Below are positions 28,888-38,883 of a DNA stretch of 64,000 bases, in pieces. The notes beneath the pieces were generated by a model. The model was not told the origin of the DNA. It saw only the letters and a list, made by a program, of their open reading frames with translations, and did no database searches. Each line of letters begins with the position of its first letter. Within the stretch, counting starts at the first letter, position 1. The translations under genes and the position numbers were made by a program. Origin of the DNA: Candidatus Latescibacterota bacterium (GTDB lineage: Bacteria; Latescibacterota; UBA2968); contig OZ244960.1 of NCBI GenBank assembly GCA_965222605.1, positions 5,152,001 to 5,216,000 of the forward strand, read 5' to 3'.

Positions 28888-29667
28888 TCACGGTTGCGAG
28901 ACTTTTGGCCCTTCACGCAATATTCGCACGCCCAATTGTGGACTGCGCGCAGGGGTACCAGCAGGGACAAACCCTATAGAGCTTGCATGCCACGCTGACG
29001 TATCATAACTGCCGCCTTTTATATAACGTGTTGGATTTATTCGAGACCCGAGCCCGCTCTGTGTCCACTCCCACACATTGCCATATATATCATAAAATCC
29101 CCAGGGATTGGGCAGTTTAGTACCGACTATTTGCGCGCTATCTACAGCTTTGCCCCACCAGGCGTAGTCACTCAGAGAATCAGAGCTACTTCCAAAGAAA
29201 TAGGTTGTTATTGCACCTGCTCGACTGGCATATTCCCATTCGTCTAAGGTTGGTAAGCGGTAGATGCCGTCATCCTTAAGGTCTGTCAACTTTTTTGCGA
29301 AATCTCGTGCCTCAGGCCAGGAAATATTGTAGGCAGGATAAACCGGTTCCGTGAAACCAGTCTCCTCTCTTTGGGGCCAATGTGAAGTGTGCATAACTTG
29401 CTCCCACTGTTGCTGCGTGAGTTCATACTTCCCAAGATAATAGCCTTTGGGAATTTCCATTATCCTAAGGCCTCTAATAGTGTCCGGTTCAACCCATATA
29501 AAGGCCATTCTTACCCCACCCGGCAGGTCAATGATCAGGTCACTGGTCCTCGGTTTGGGGATGGATTCTGGCTCTGGTTCTGTTATCGGTTCTGGCTCAG
29601 GTCCTGTACTATTACCACCACAACTCAGGATGCAAAATGCAAGCAGAATGCACAAAGAGCGGTTCAT
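28888..29667 (-). CDS. Lipoprotein with an FGE-sulfatase (SUMF1-like, C-type lectin fold) domain, non-catalytic
   Basis: Lipobox ILSC and PE-rich linker. Motifs GKYELTQQQW, YRLPTLDEWEYASRAG, PNPWGFYDIYGNVWEW, GGSY, LGVR. Lacks the FGE catalytic cysteines. Confidence 0.88.
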   Translation of the reverse strand: MNRSLCILLAFCILSCGGNSTGPEPEPITEPEPESIPKPRTSDLIIDLPGGVRMAFIWVEPDTIRGLRIMEIPKGYYLGKYELTQQQWEQVMHTSHWPQREETGFTEPVYPAYNISWPEARDFAKKLTDLKDDGIYRLPTLDEWEYASRAGAITTYFFGSSSDSLSDYAWWGKAVDSAQIVGTKLPNPWGFYDIYGNVWEWTQSGLGSRINPTRYIKGGSYDTSAWHASSIGFVPAGTPARSPQLGVRILREGPKVSQP

Positions 29668-29682
29668 GGCAACCTCCGCTAT

Positions 29683-30447
29683 TTAGCGGCTTGTCACATC
29701 GGTTTTCAACCCATTGACCAATCCGCGAAAGTCGCTCACCAACCAACTGTCTCCTACACGAAGCATTTGCAGGGTGAGTGAGCCTGGTGAGCGATTTTTG
29801 TAAGGACGACTCAACCGCGTGGCCTGTCCCACAATGTCATACTTCCATTGCGCTGTAACCGTGGCTGTCTGGCCGTGATACTGTATGCTTCCCAACTCAA
29901 TTACGATACGCACATCCTGGGGTAAGCCCACAAACATGCTCAGAAAGGTCTTGCGAATCTCTCGACGCTCCGCCTCTGTATAATCTTGCTCAGCCGTTGT
30001 GGTCACTGCGTGCCCTTCACTGAAGAATATGGAGCGGCGATCAATGCGCTGGTTGAGGATATGAGCGGTAGAGTCCGATTCAGTCGCTCCAATGGATGGG
30101 GTATCGTCTGTGGTTATACCGCTAGGAACAGATCCTGGATCCATAGGCGTCGCTGTACTGTCAGTGGTTGAACCCACTGGTCCGGGCACTGTGCGGTAGC
30201 TATCTTCGTCAATTGGTCCCGTCAATGCTCCCAACTCGAAATTTCTGAATTGTTTGACAAATATTTTTGCAGTATGCCAGATCAGTCCTTCGTCGTAAAT
30301 CTGTTGGGGTGACTTCTCGCTATTGGGAAATTGTTCCGCGATCTGGGCAATTGCCTTTGCGCGAAAAGATTGTTGTGCCTCGGCGGCATGGCTCAGCACA
30401 ATTAATCCCAGAATGGGTATCGTCCATTGTTTCAAAAATCGTTTCAT
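29683..30447 (-). CDS. Hypothetical secreted protein (possible C-terminal NTF2-like fold)
   Basis: Signal peptide ending AAEA, AAGGAG RBS, S/T/D-rich linker, C-terminal ATVTAQW...LQMLRVGDSWLVSDF. Confidence 0.7.
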   Translation of the reverse strand: MKRFLKQWTIPILGLIVLSHAAEAQQSFRAKAIAQIAEQFPNSEKSPQQIYDEGLIWHTAKIFVKQFRNFELGALTGPIDEDSYRTVPGPVGSTTDSTATPMDPGSVPSGITTDDTPSIGATESDSTAHILNQRIDRRSIFFSEGHAVTTTAEQDYTEAERREIRKTFLSMFVGLPQDVRIVIELGSIQYHGQTATVTAQWKYDIVGQATRLSRPYKNRSPGSLTLQMLRVGDSWLVSDFRGLVNGLKTDVTSR

Positions 30448-30810
30448 CTAATCTCCTTGTTTGGGTTGTCCGTGTCAAAAAGTATTTATCCTGAATCTGC
30501 TATAGACCTGTCTTCGTCCCCTCAAAGCACAGACAGATCATATCTATCACTCCATTGATAAAAGTCAGCTTGTGTCATGTTGTCGTTGTCATGTTGTCCT
30601 CCTTCAGAGTAAAGGCATATTTCCTTGAGAAGTTGAATGTGAGTGTGGCACGAAGTTCTGTTTTTCAGACATTTGCTTGCATTTCTATTTTCCATTTTCA
30701 CCCATACATGATTATCATCTATCCTTATAGTTTAAATAAATTATAGAAGTCTAATTCATCGTTTAGGAAATAGGCTACATTATTTACTTCTCTTTGTCGA
30801 GAACTTCTTT

Positions 30811-30846
30811 TCACACAATTCACACAATTCACATAATTCACACAAT
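30811..30846. repeat. Tandem repeat 4 x 9 bp (TCACA[C/T]AAT)
   Basis: TCACACAAT TCACACAAT TCACATAAT TCACACAAT. Confidence 0.9.
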
Positions 30847-30928
30847 TGAGGGACGCGATGAGATAGATGAGGCCCTTGGTCAATGGGATTTCCACGTTGC
30901 AAGATGCGTGCGTAAAATTGTTTTATAG

Positions 30929-30945
30929 TGCAAAATGCGTGCCTG
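30929..30945 (-). promoter_or_regulatory. Sigma-54 (-24/-12) promoter CAGGCACGCATTTTGCA
   Basis: GG-N10-GC with GGCACG and TTGCA matching the RpoN consensus; points toward the 30447-26198 operon. Degenerate copy (CGCACGCATCTTGCA) at 30898-30912. Confidence 0.7.
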
Positions 30946-31058
30946 AAATCGTTTCCAAATAAAAAAAACACTTGAAGATGCTCAAGTGCTTGAAAAACAA
31001 AGAGATAAATTTAGATAATTATTTGTGTTGTAAATGCTTATTCAAACAAAAATATATA

Positions 31059-31071
31059 TAAATGGTTGATT
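31059..31071 (-). promoter_or_regulatory. IHF-binding site AATCAACCATTTA
   Basis: Exact match to WATCAANNNNTTR in an AT-rich tract between the enhancer boxes and the sigma-54 box. Confidence 0.55.
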
Positions 31072-31089
31072 TATATAAATATAAATAAA

Positions 31090-31131
31090 GTGTAAACAAA
31101 TGGATACACCTGTGTAAACAGATGGATACAC
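31090..31131. promoter_or_regulatory. Two tandem palindromic boxes GTGTA-N10-TACAC (candidate enhancer for a sigma-54 activator)
   Basis: GTGTAAACAAATGGATACAC (31090-31109) and GTGTAAACAGATGGATACAC (31112-31131), 22-bp period, about 145-185 bp upstream of the -24 box. Confidence 0.65.
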
Positions 31132-31349
31132 ATGTTCAATGCCTATCTCAAACCTATTGTCCGTATCTGACGAGTTGAAGAGAATTATTAGCTGGGATGA
31201 TTTGTTCTCTGGGATAGGATTTCAGAGAGGCCAAAAGAGATGAGAAATCCTCTGCACTCATTAATATTACGATACCGCGAAAGTCTGTCACCAATCAATC
31301 GTCGTTTAACCGCAACATTCGTGGTATGATATCTGAGTAGGGCTTATAC

Positions 31350-31389
31350 AAAAAGCCGCGAGAATACGCACTCGCGGCTTTTATTTTTT
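31350..31389. terminator. Bidirectional intrinsic terminator
   Basis: AAAAAGCCGCGAG-loop-CTCGCGGCTTTTATTTTTT. Confidence 0.8.
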
Positions 31390-31473
31390 ATGGCTACTGG
31401 ATCAACTTGAGATGATTACACCTACTGGAGGTCCCGTAAAAAAAGATATGGAAGGACGGGGCATAAAAGAAAG

Positions 31474-31893
31474 CTATCTACCTCTGATTTTGCGTTCATA
31501 CTCTCTGATCCCATTGGCAACAGTCGATCCCTGACAGTGCTGATCCAGCAAGTCAACTATGTTGCGTGTTCGGCGTATCCAAAATATCACAGTGTCTTTG
31601 TTTTCTGGCCTTGGATCGCGCATTCGATAATCTGCTGTGATTCTCAGACTGTGAAGGCGTTCCAAATTTTTTCCAGCGGTCTCAATATCTGAGTTCCCAC
31701 TGTTGCTTAGATATCGAGCCACTTCGCCATGATTCAGATTTTCCCAGGCCTGGTTCAGCTTTGCCAGATGTTCAAGCCCTGTATTAAATGCCGCATAATA
31801 GGCACGACTGATAGCCGTTCTCAAGTCCGCTGCTGTTGCCGAAGTCTTATTTGCCAATTCATTGGCTATGGTAAGAAAGTCCCTCGGATCCAT
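31474..31893 (-). CDS. HEPN domain protein (UPF0332-like)
   Basis: Motifs RTAISRAYYAAF, NHGEV, LHSLRITADY. Confidence 0.85.
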   Translation of the reverse strand: MDPRDFLTIANELANKTSATAADLRTAISRAYYAAFNTGLEHLAKLNQAWENLNHGEVARYLSNSGNSDIETAGKNLERLHSLRITADYRMRDPRPENKDTVIFWIRRTRNIVDLLDQHCQGSTVANGIREYERKIRGR

Positions 31894-31896
31894 AAT

Positions 31897-32325
31897 TTAT
31901 GATACAATATCGAATAGGATTGTAACAAGCCCCTCTTTGTCTCTTGGCGCAATTGCTATCCATTTTCGAATGAATATTTCGTCTTCTTCAAGGATTTGCT
32001 CAAGGTCGCCTTGCACGCAGAAGGTAATTACGAGCCAGGATTCTCCGGTATCTGGATCCTGTTCTTTGTATAGCTTGAGATTGCTCGCACTGTGGAATGA
32101 CGCTTTAATCAAATCTGAAGCCCGACGAATTGTATCTTCAAGGCCATGGCGCTCGCAAAATTGTTGAGCATTGAGGTCAGCCGGCAGGCCACATACGTGC
32201 GGTAATTCGCTCGAGGGTACTGTATCTGGTGGTCCATTTTCTATAACCCAGGATAGGGACCTGCTGGAATTTTCCTCAGTCTTGGACCTTGCTGGTATAG
32301 CTGCTAAATTTTTTGCTTGTGCCAT
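31897..32325 (-). CDS. Hypothetical protein, putative antitoxin (divergent MNT-like) paired with HEPN
   Basis: 3 nt upstream of the HEPN gene, 142 aa, GAGG RBS; acidic alpha/beta segment EQDPDTGESWLVITF. Confidence 0.6.
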   Translation of the reverse strand: MAQAKNLAAIPARSKTEENSSRSLSWVIENGPPDTVPSSELPHVCGLPADLNAQQFCERHGLEDTIRRASDLIKASFHSASNLKLYKEQDPDTGESWLVITFCVQGDLEQILEEDEIFIRKWIAIAPRDKEGLVTILFDIVS

Positions 32326-32357
32326 TTGTGCCTCTTATACCGAAGTAAAGCGGTAGA

Positions 32358-32762
32358 TCAACTCGAGATGATGCCACCGCTTGGTGGACCGCCTGCACCT
32401 GGCATACCACCTTGCCCGGGCAAGGTACCGGGAACGACGATGCGAGAAGATTCCTGGCGGCGATATTCTTTGGCTTCTTCAACCATTTGGTCAACAGCGT
32501 GTTTGATGGCCTGGGGAAATTTTTCTATTGCTTCCCGAAGCGAAGCGGCTTCAATGGGCGCTGAGATTGGCAGAGGTCCCATTTGAGATATGATCTGTGT
32601 GGAGCCGATGTATTGGGTAGGACGACTTGTGTCGTCTGTGCCATCGGTGTTGATGGGGATCAGGCGCCGAATTGTGGCGACGCGCAAATCGGTGATGGAT
32701 TCTTCTCGATAGAGGTTTTGTTGATCAACCTGAATTTGATCGAGTGGCAACTGGTCGGCCAT
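32358..32762 (-). CDS. Conserved hypothetical cytoplasmic protein
   Basis: VDQQNLYREESITDLRVATIRRLIP...GPLPISAPIEAASLREAIEKF...SRIVVPG; GGAG RBS before ATG 32762. Confidence 0.75.
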   Translation of the reverse strand: MADQLPLDQIQVDQQNLYREESITDLRVATIRRLIPINTDGTDDTSRPTQYIGSTQIISQMGPLPISAPIEAASLREAIEKFPQAIKHAVDQMVEEAKEYRRQESSRIVVPGTLPGQGGMPGAGGPPSGGIISS

Positions 32763-32853
32763 GAGAGTCTCCAAAAAAAGGTTACAGGTCGTGCCCCGCG
32801 AGGGCAATTAAATGTTGGCGTAAATATAGGGCAAGTTGTGCAAATACGCACTT

Positions 32854-34224
32854 TTATTTTACTCTGTTAAGCCCATTGAGCGCGGCAACGCGATAGGCTT
32901 CGGCCATTGTGGGATAGTTGAAGGTGGTGTTGATAAAGTACATGAGCGTATTGGCCTCACCTTCTTGCGCCATAATGGCTTGCCCGATGTGGATAATTTC
33001 AGATGCCTGAGAGCCAAAACAGTGGATGCCCAAAATTTCAAAGGTCTCGCGATGAAAGATAATTTTGAGCATGCCGGTGAGCCATCCAGTTACCTGTGCC
33101 CGCGCGATATGGCGAAAGTAGGCGTGGCCCACTTCATAGGGGATTTTTTGCACTGTCAGTTCTTTTTCGGTAAATCCAATAGAACTGATTTCGGGAATGG
33201 TGTAAATACCCGTGGGGATGTCTTCCACGAGGTGTTGTTCGCATTCGCCAAAGATAAGATGGGTGGCGGCAAACCTCCCCTGATCGTAAGCTGCACTTGC
33301 CAGACTGGGAAATCCAACGACATCGCCAACAGCATAAATATGGGGTTGGGCGAGTGTCTGGTACGCGTCGTTGATGAGAATAGAGCCGCGTTCATCGGTT
33401 TCGATTCCGATATTTTCCAATCCCATGTTGTCCGAGTTCCCGGTGCGCCCTTGCGCCCAGAGGAGAATATCGCTGACAATTTGTTTGTTGGATTTCAGGA
33501 ATACGCGCACTTCTTTGTCATTGGCTTCAACGCGGTCGTATTCTTCGTTGTGGCGAATACGCACTCCGTTTTGGCTGAGATGATAACTGAGGGCGTCGAT
33601 GATTTCGTCGTCGAGATAGGATAGCAATTGACTGCGGCTGTTGATGAGATTGACTTTTATGCGCAGGCCGCGGAATATGGATGCGTATTCGCAGCCGATT
33701 ACTCCCGCACCATAAAGGGTGATAATGCGCGGCGTTTCTTTGAGGCCCAGTATGGAGTCGCTGTCGCGAATCCGCGGATGGGAAAAGTCGATGTTGGGTG
33801 GGTGATAGGGGCGAGATCCGGTGGCGATAATAAATCCCCGGGCGGTGTAGCGCTCAGATCCTCCATTGAGCAACGCGACTTCGACGGTGTGCTCATTGAC
33901 AAAAGATGCGCGGCCCAGGATAATATCGACATCATTGCGTTCATAATAGCCTGTGCGCAGGTCAACCTGATGTCCGATGAGGTCGGCGGCTCGGTCGAGC
34001 AAGTCGGGAAAACTCGTTGTGCGGTGTGCATTGGTATCGATGAGTTGTTGGACATAGTGGCGCAATGCTTTGCTCGGTATTGTGCCTCTGTGCGTGCTAT
34101 TGCCGCCCACATTTTTGAAATTGTCGATGACGGCAACGCGCTTCCCTTCCTTGGCGGATTTCATTGCGGCGCCTTCTCCGCCGGGGCCAGTGCCTATCAC
34201 GATGATGTCGTAGTCGCAGGTCAT
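32854..34224 (-). CDS. sthA: Soluble (Si-specific) NAD(P)+ transhydrogenase
   Basis: Motifs [74 protein letters not shown]. Confidence 0.95.
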   Translation of the reverse strand: MTCDYDIIVIGTGPGGEGAAMKSAKEGKRVAVIDNFKNVGGNSTHRGTIPSKALRHYVQQLIDTNAHRTTSFPDLLDRAADLIGHQVDLRTGYYERNDVDIILGRASFVNEHTVEVALLNGGSERYTARGFIIATGSRPYHPPNIDFSHPRIRDSDSILGLKETPRIITLYGAGVIGCEYASIFRGLRIKVNLINSRSQLLSYLDDEIIDALSYHLSQNGVRIRHNEEYDRVEANDKEVRVFLKSNKQIVSDILLWAQGRTGNSDNMGLENIGIETDERGSILINDAYQTLAQPHIYAVGDVVGFPSLASAAYDQGRFAATHLIFGECEQHLVEDIPTGIYTIPEISSIGFTEKELTVQKIPYEVGHAYFRHIARAQVTGWLTGMLKIIFHRETFEILGIHCFGSQASEIIHIGQAIMAQEGEANTLMYFINTTFNYPTMAEAYRVAALNGLNRVK

Positions 34225-34598
34225 TTTGGATCCAGATATCCCAATTGCACGAGAAAGTCGTCCATTTGCGCGACGGTTTGTTCATAATCTGAGCCATCGT
34301 CGCGGCCGTGGTTGAAAAAGCCATGTCCTCTGCCTTCGTACGCGCAGAGTTCAGAGGTATTGCCCACTTCGCGCATGGCTTTAGTAAACCGTTGGGCCTG
34401 TTCATAAGGGACGGTTTTGTCATCCGTGCCGTGAAAAATTATAGTGGGCGGTAGGTTGGAACAGATGTGTTGAAAAGGTGAGATTTTCCGTGGGTCTTTG
34501 GGAAAACGTTCGGCGAGGCGTTTTAGGCCAGCCACATCGACGACGGGGTTAAAGAGTACCATTGCGTTGGGCTGGGTGATTTTGTATATGCATTGCAT
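34221..34598 (-). pseudogene. Alpha/beta hydrolase (BD-FAE/esterase-like) with an in-frame internal deletion
   Basis: MQCIYK joins directly to PNAMVLFNPVVD...PPTIIFHGTDDKTVP...HGFFN. The HGGG oxyanion and GxSxG nucleophile region is missing. Confidence 0.7.
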
Positions 34599-34612
34599 GG
34601 TGGGTGTCCCTT

Positions 34613-36292
<1,680 letters not shown>

Positions 36293-36293
36293 G

Positions 36294-37001
36294 CTATTTC
36301 CCCAGATTGTCTGATTCCCAACCGCCGAGTAATTTTTCGGCTTCCTCGAGTTGTTGCTTATCGTTAATTGGCAGCCAAAAATCAGCTTCGATTACTTTAA
36401 TTTTTCGACCTGCTGCAATCAATTTCATCCATACATCGGGCGTTTCATATTCGCCGCGTGCGGATGGCGCGATTTCTGCGTCAAAGAAATCTCTGTCCAT
36501 GACCATCGCGCCGTTCCAAACCAAATTTGAAATAAATGTTTTTGGCTTTTCGACAGAACGAACGAGGTGTCCGTCTTCATCTGTCACCAGAACCCCAAAA
36601 TTTTGAGGATACGCCACACGCGAGCCGACCAGAGCGAGGTCCTGTTGTTGTACGAGATTTTGAAGGCTGCGCGGTCCAAAAATGTCATCGCCAACCATTC
36701 CCAACCACCGCCCGGTGATTGCAGGTGCAGCGACCCGAAATGCATGGGCGATGCCCAATGGCTCTTCCTGAACCAGAAATACAATGCGTCGCCCTCCATA
36801 CGTGCCATCTGAAAAGTGCTGGCGGATCGCCCCCTCGTGTGGTCCCCCCACAATGAATACAAGTTCGCGTACCTCGCACGGCAATCGATCCAGTGCGTGT
36901 TCTACCACGGGCTTTCCTGCCACCGGCAATAAGTGCTTTGGTCCCTTATGGTCCATCGCCATCCGCGTTCCCTTGCCGGCTAACAGCACAACTGCTTGCA
37001 T
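36294..37001 (-). CDS. Sugar-phosphate nucleotidyltransferase (NTP_transferase)
   Basis: Motifs LLAGKGTRM, PKHLLPVAGKP, QEEPLGIAHA, GDD, FGV, VEKP, PSARGEYE. Confidence 0.9.
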   Translation of the reverse strand: MQAVVLLAGKGTRMAMDHKGPKHLLPVAGKPVVEHALDRLPCEVRELVFIVGGPHEGAIRQHFSDGTYGGRRIVFLVQEEPLGIAHAFRVAAPAITGRWLGMVGDDIFGPRSLQNLVQQQDLALVGSRVAYPQNFGVLVTDEDGHLVRSVEKPKTFISNLVWNGAMVMDRDFFDAEIAPSARGEYETPDVWMKLIAAGRKIKVIEADFWLPINDKQQLEEAEKLLGGWESDNLGK

Positions 37002-37026
37002 GCATTACTCCTAAAAACTAATTCTC

Positions 37027-38007
37027 TCAATGACTGTCCCGATAGTGCTGTCTGAGAATATCGCTGCCAAAGTCATTGGTCAGGTCGCGCCAGACTGCGT
37101 GGATGTGATTGGCCTCGTCCTGGGTGCAGTCGTATTCGGCGAGGAAGGTGGAGCCGAGTACGCGATAGTAGTGCCCATCGCCGCGATTCACGCCGCCAGC
37201 CCAGGCGAATGCGGCTGTGTCGAGTGAGACGAGATTTGCGCGCTGGGCTTCTGCAATATTGTCGGGCAAGCGGGTGACATATACATCGATAAGCGCGGTG
37301 ACGACGCCGCGTTGTGAGGCGGTCATGTCTTTGAGTTGCAGACCCTCAATTTGGACTTCATCATTTACGCGGGGGACATTGCGGGTGAGGATGTCAGCGG
37401 GTGCTTCGTCACTGATGATCGCCACTCTTTTTTGTTCGCCGTCCAGAGAGGCGAGTAAGTCGCGGGCAAGGTCTTCTTCTTCTTTGAGGGCGCGCAATCC
37501 TTCGTGTTCGCCGTGTCGAACCTGTGCGGGATTAGAGCCGAAGAAGACGGGCGTAGGGGCGACGAGCGTGCCGTTGATTATGGTGTAGTTGACCGAGACG
37601 TGATGGCCTTCAAAACGCCAACTCCATGTGGCGTCACTACCGGGCGTGCCAAAGACGACGAGGTTGTAGAGGTCCGGATCGCGTGGGAACCGCCGTCTGG
37701 GACCTTCTACTTCGGCGAGGATGGGTTCCAGGTTGATGATTGTTCTGGCTTTGGTGCGCGCCTGTTCGCTCAGTCCCGTATCGAGCAGGACAAATGCTTT
37801 GTCGCGCTGGTGGGCTTCCATGTCTTTGAGCGCGAGGCCCAATCGGTCGCGCGGGATGTAGTGCCAGTCACTCCGTGCGTTTTCGTCTTCAAAGGATAAG
37901 TGTGCGGTTGCCGCCTGATCGGGACGCAGTGATGCCAAAAATGACGTGGCAGCATCGGCCATGCGCTTGGCCGTGTCTATCTGAGTATAAAGTTCTTCGA
38001 GGTTCAT
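37027..38007 (-). CDS. DUF3500 domain protein
   Basis: Motifs WHYIPRDRLGL, WSWRFEGHHVSVN, PVFFGSNP, YYRV, NHIHAVWRDLTNDFG; AAGGAG RBS before ATG 38007. Confidence 0.88.
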   Translation of the reverse strand: MNLEELYTQIDTAKRMADAATSFLASLRPDQAATAHLSFEDENARSDWHYIPRDRLGLALKDMEAHQRDKAFVLLDTGLSEQARTKARTIINLEPILAEVEGPRRRFPRDPDLYNLVVFGTPGSDATWSWRFEGHHVSVNYTIINGTLVAPTPVFFGSNPAQVRHGEHEGLRALKEEEDLARDLLASLDGEQKRVAIISDEAPADILTRNVPRVNDEVQIEGLQLKDMTASQRGVVTALIDVYVTRLPDNIAEAQRANLVSLDTAAFAWAGGVNRGDGHYYRVLGSTFLAEYDCTQDEANHIHAVWRDLTNDFGSDILRQHYRDSH

Positions 38008-38047
38008 GTTCTCAACTCCTTGTGAATGTGAATGATTTGGTTGATTA

Positions 38048-38881
38048 TCACGGAGAATCTGACCGCTGTTTTCGCCCTCCCAACGTGGCACCGCCATCAA
38101 TGGTGAGTGCTTGTCCTGTGATATTTTTTCCTTTGTCACTCGCCAAAAAGACGACCATGTGGCCGACATCTTCGGGTGTTTGTTCGGTTCCCAAAGGTAC
38201 GCTGTTGCGTATTACATCTTCAAAAATTTCTCTTGCGGTAAATCCCTTGTATGTCGGGTTGTTGTTTTTGATTTGAGACGCGATCATTTCCCATGCTCGC
38301 GTCCAGAGATAGCCGGGGCAGATTGCGTTGACTCTGATCCCACGCCCCGCGAGTTGGCTGGCTAAGGTTCTGGTTAGATGAATAACTCCAGCTTTGGCCG
38401 CGCCATAAGCAGGCATGGAAACGCTGGGCATTAACGCGGCGATAGATGCGATGTTGATGATGCTGGATCCATGGCTAAGATGTGGAATGGCTGCTCTAGA
38501 TGAGACAAAGACGGTCCGAAGATTGGTGTGTAGGTGCGCATCCCAGTCGTCAACGGATAATTCCGTCAGTGGGATTTCCAGTGATGCTTTGGCCGCATTT
38601 GTATCTGGTCCTCCAATGCCCGCGTTGTTGACGAGAATATCGAGTGAGCCGAGTTCTGCAACAACCCGGTCCGTTGCCGAGCGCATGGCGGTTTCATCGG
38701 ATGCATCGGCCGATAGACCTATTGCGGGCGTTTTGAGCGTTTTTGCGGTTTCTTTCGCGCCATCGCCATCCAGGTCAGTAATGGCGATTTTCGCACCTGC
38801 ATCCGATAGGTGTTGTGCAATGGCCGCTCCAATGCCCCGCGCAGCACCGGTTATGAGTGCAACTCGGTTTTGTAATTCCAT
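38048..38881 (-). CDS. SDR family oxidoreductase
   Basis: Motifs TGAARGIG, VNNAG, YGAAK, RVNAICPG, ITGQALTIDGG. Confidence 0.93.
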   Translation of the reverse strand: MELQNRVALITGAARGIGAAIAQHLSDAGAKIAITDLDGDGAKETAKTLKTPAIGLSADASDETAMRSATDRVVAELGSLDILVNNAGIGGPDTNAAKASLEIPLTELSVDDWDAHLHTNLRTVFVSSRAAIPHLSHGSSIINIASIAALMPSVSMPAYGAAKAGVIHLTRTLASQLAGRGIRVNAICPGYLWTRAWEMIASQIKNNNPTYKGFTAREIFEDVIRNSVPLGTEQTPEDVGHMVVFLASDKGKNITGQALTIDGGATLGGRKQRSDSP

Positions 38882-38883
38882 AC

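Noticed and set aside
28888-29100. FGE-sulfatase C-terminus as a diversity-generating retroelement variable region
   Set aside because: No reverse transcriptase and no adenine-variant template repeat of this segment was found in the window. A remote DGR cannot be excluded.
28888-29667. Formylglycine-generating enzyme maturing the sulfatase at 8583
   Set aside because: It lacks the catalytic Cys pair and is a lipoprotein, whereas the sulfatase appears cytoplasmic.
30575-30592. Threonine attenuator leader (MTTTT)
   Set aside because: No Thr/Ile biosynthesis genes downstream and no terminator/antiterminator seen; the Thr run results from a short duplication.
30780-30971. 63-aa ORF with an LCELCELCELCE motif
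   Set aside because: The motif is the translation of the 9-bp DNA repeat, and the ORF overlaps the sigma-54 promoter.
31090-31131. Direct repeats as a CRISPR array or plasmid iterons; AT-rich region as a replication origin
   Set aside because: Only two copies with a 2-bp spacer, no cas or rep gene and no DnaA-box cluster seen. The sigma-54 enhancer reading explains the layout better.
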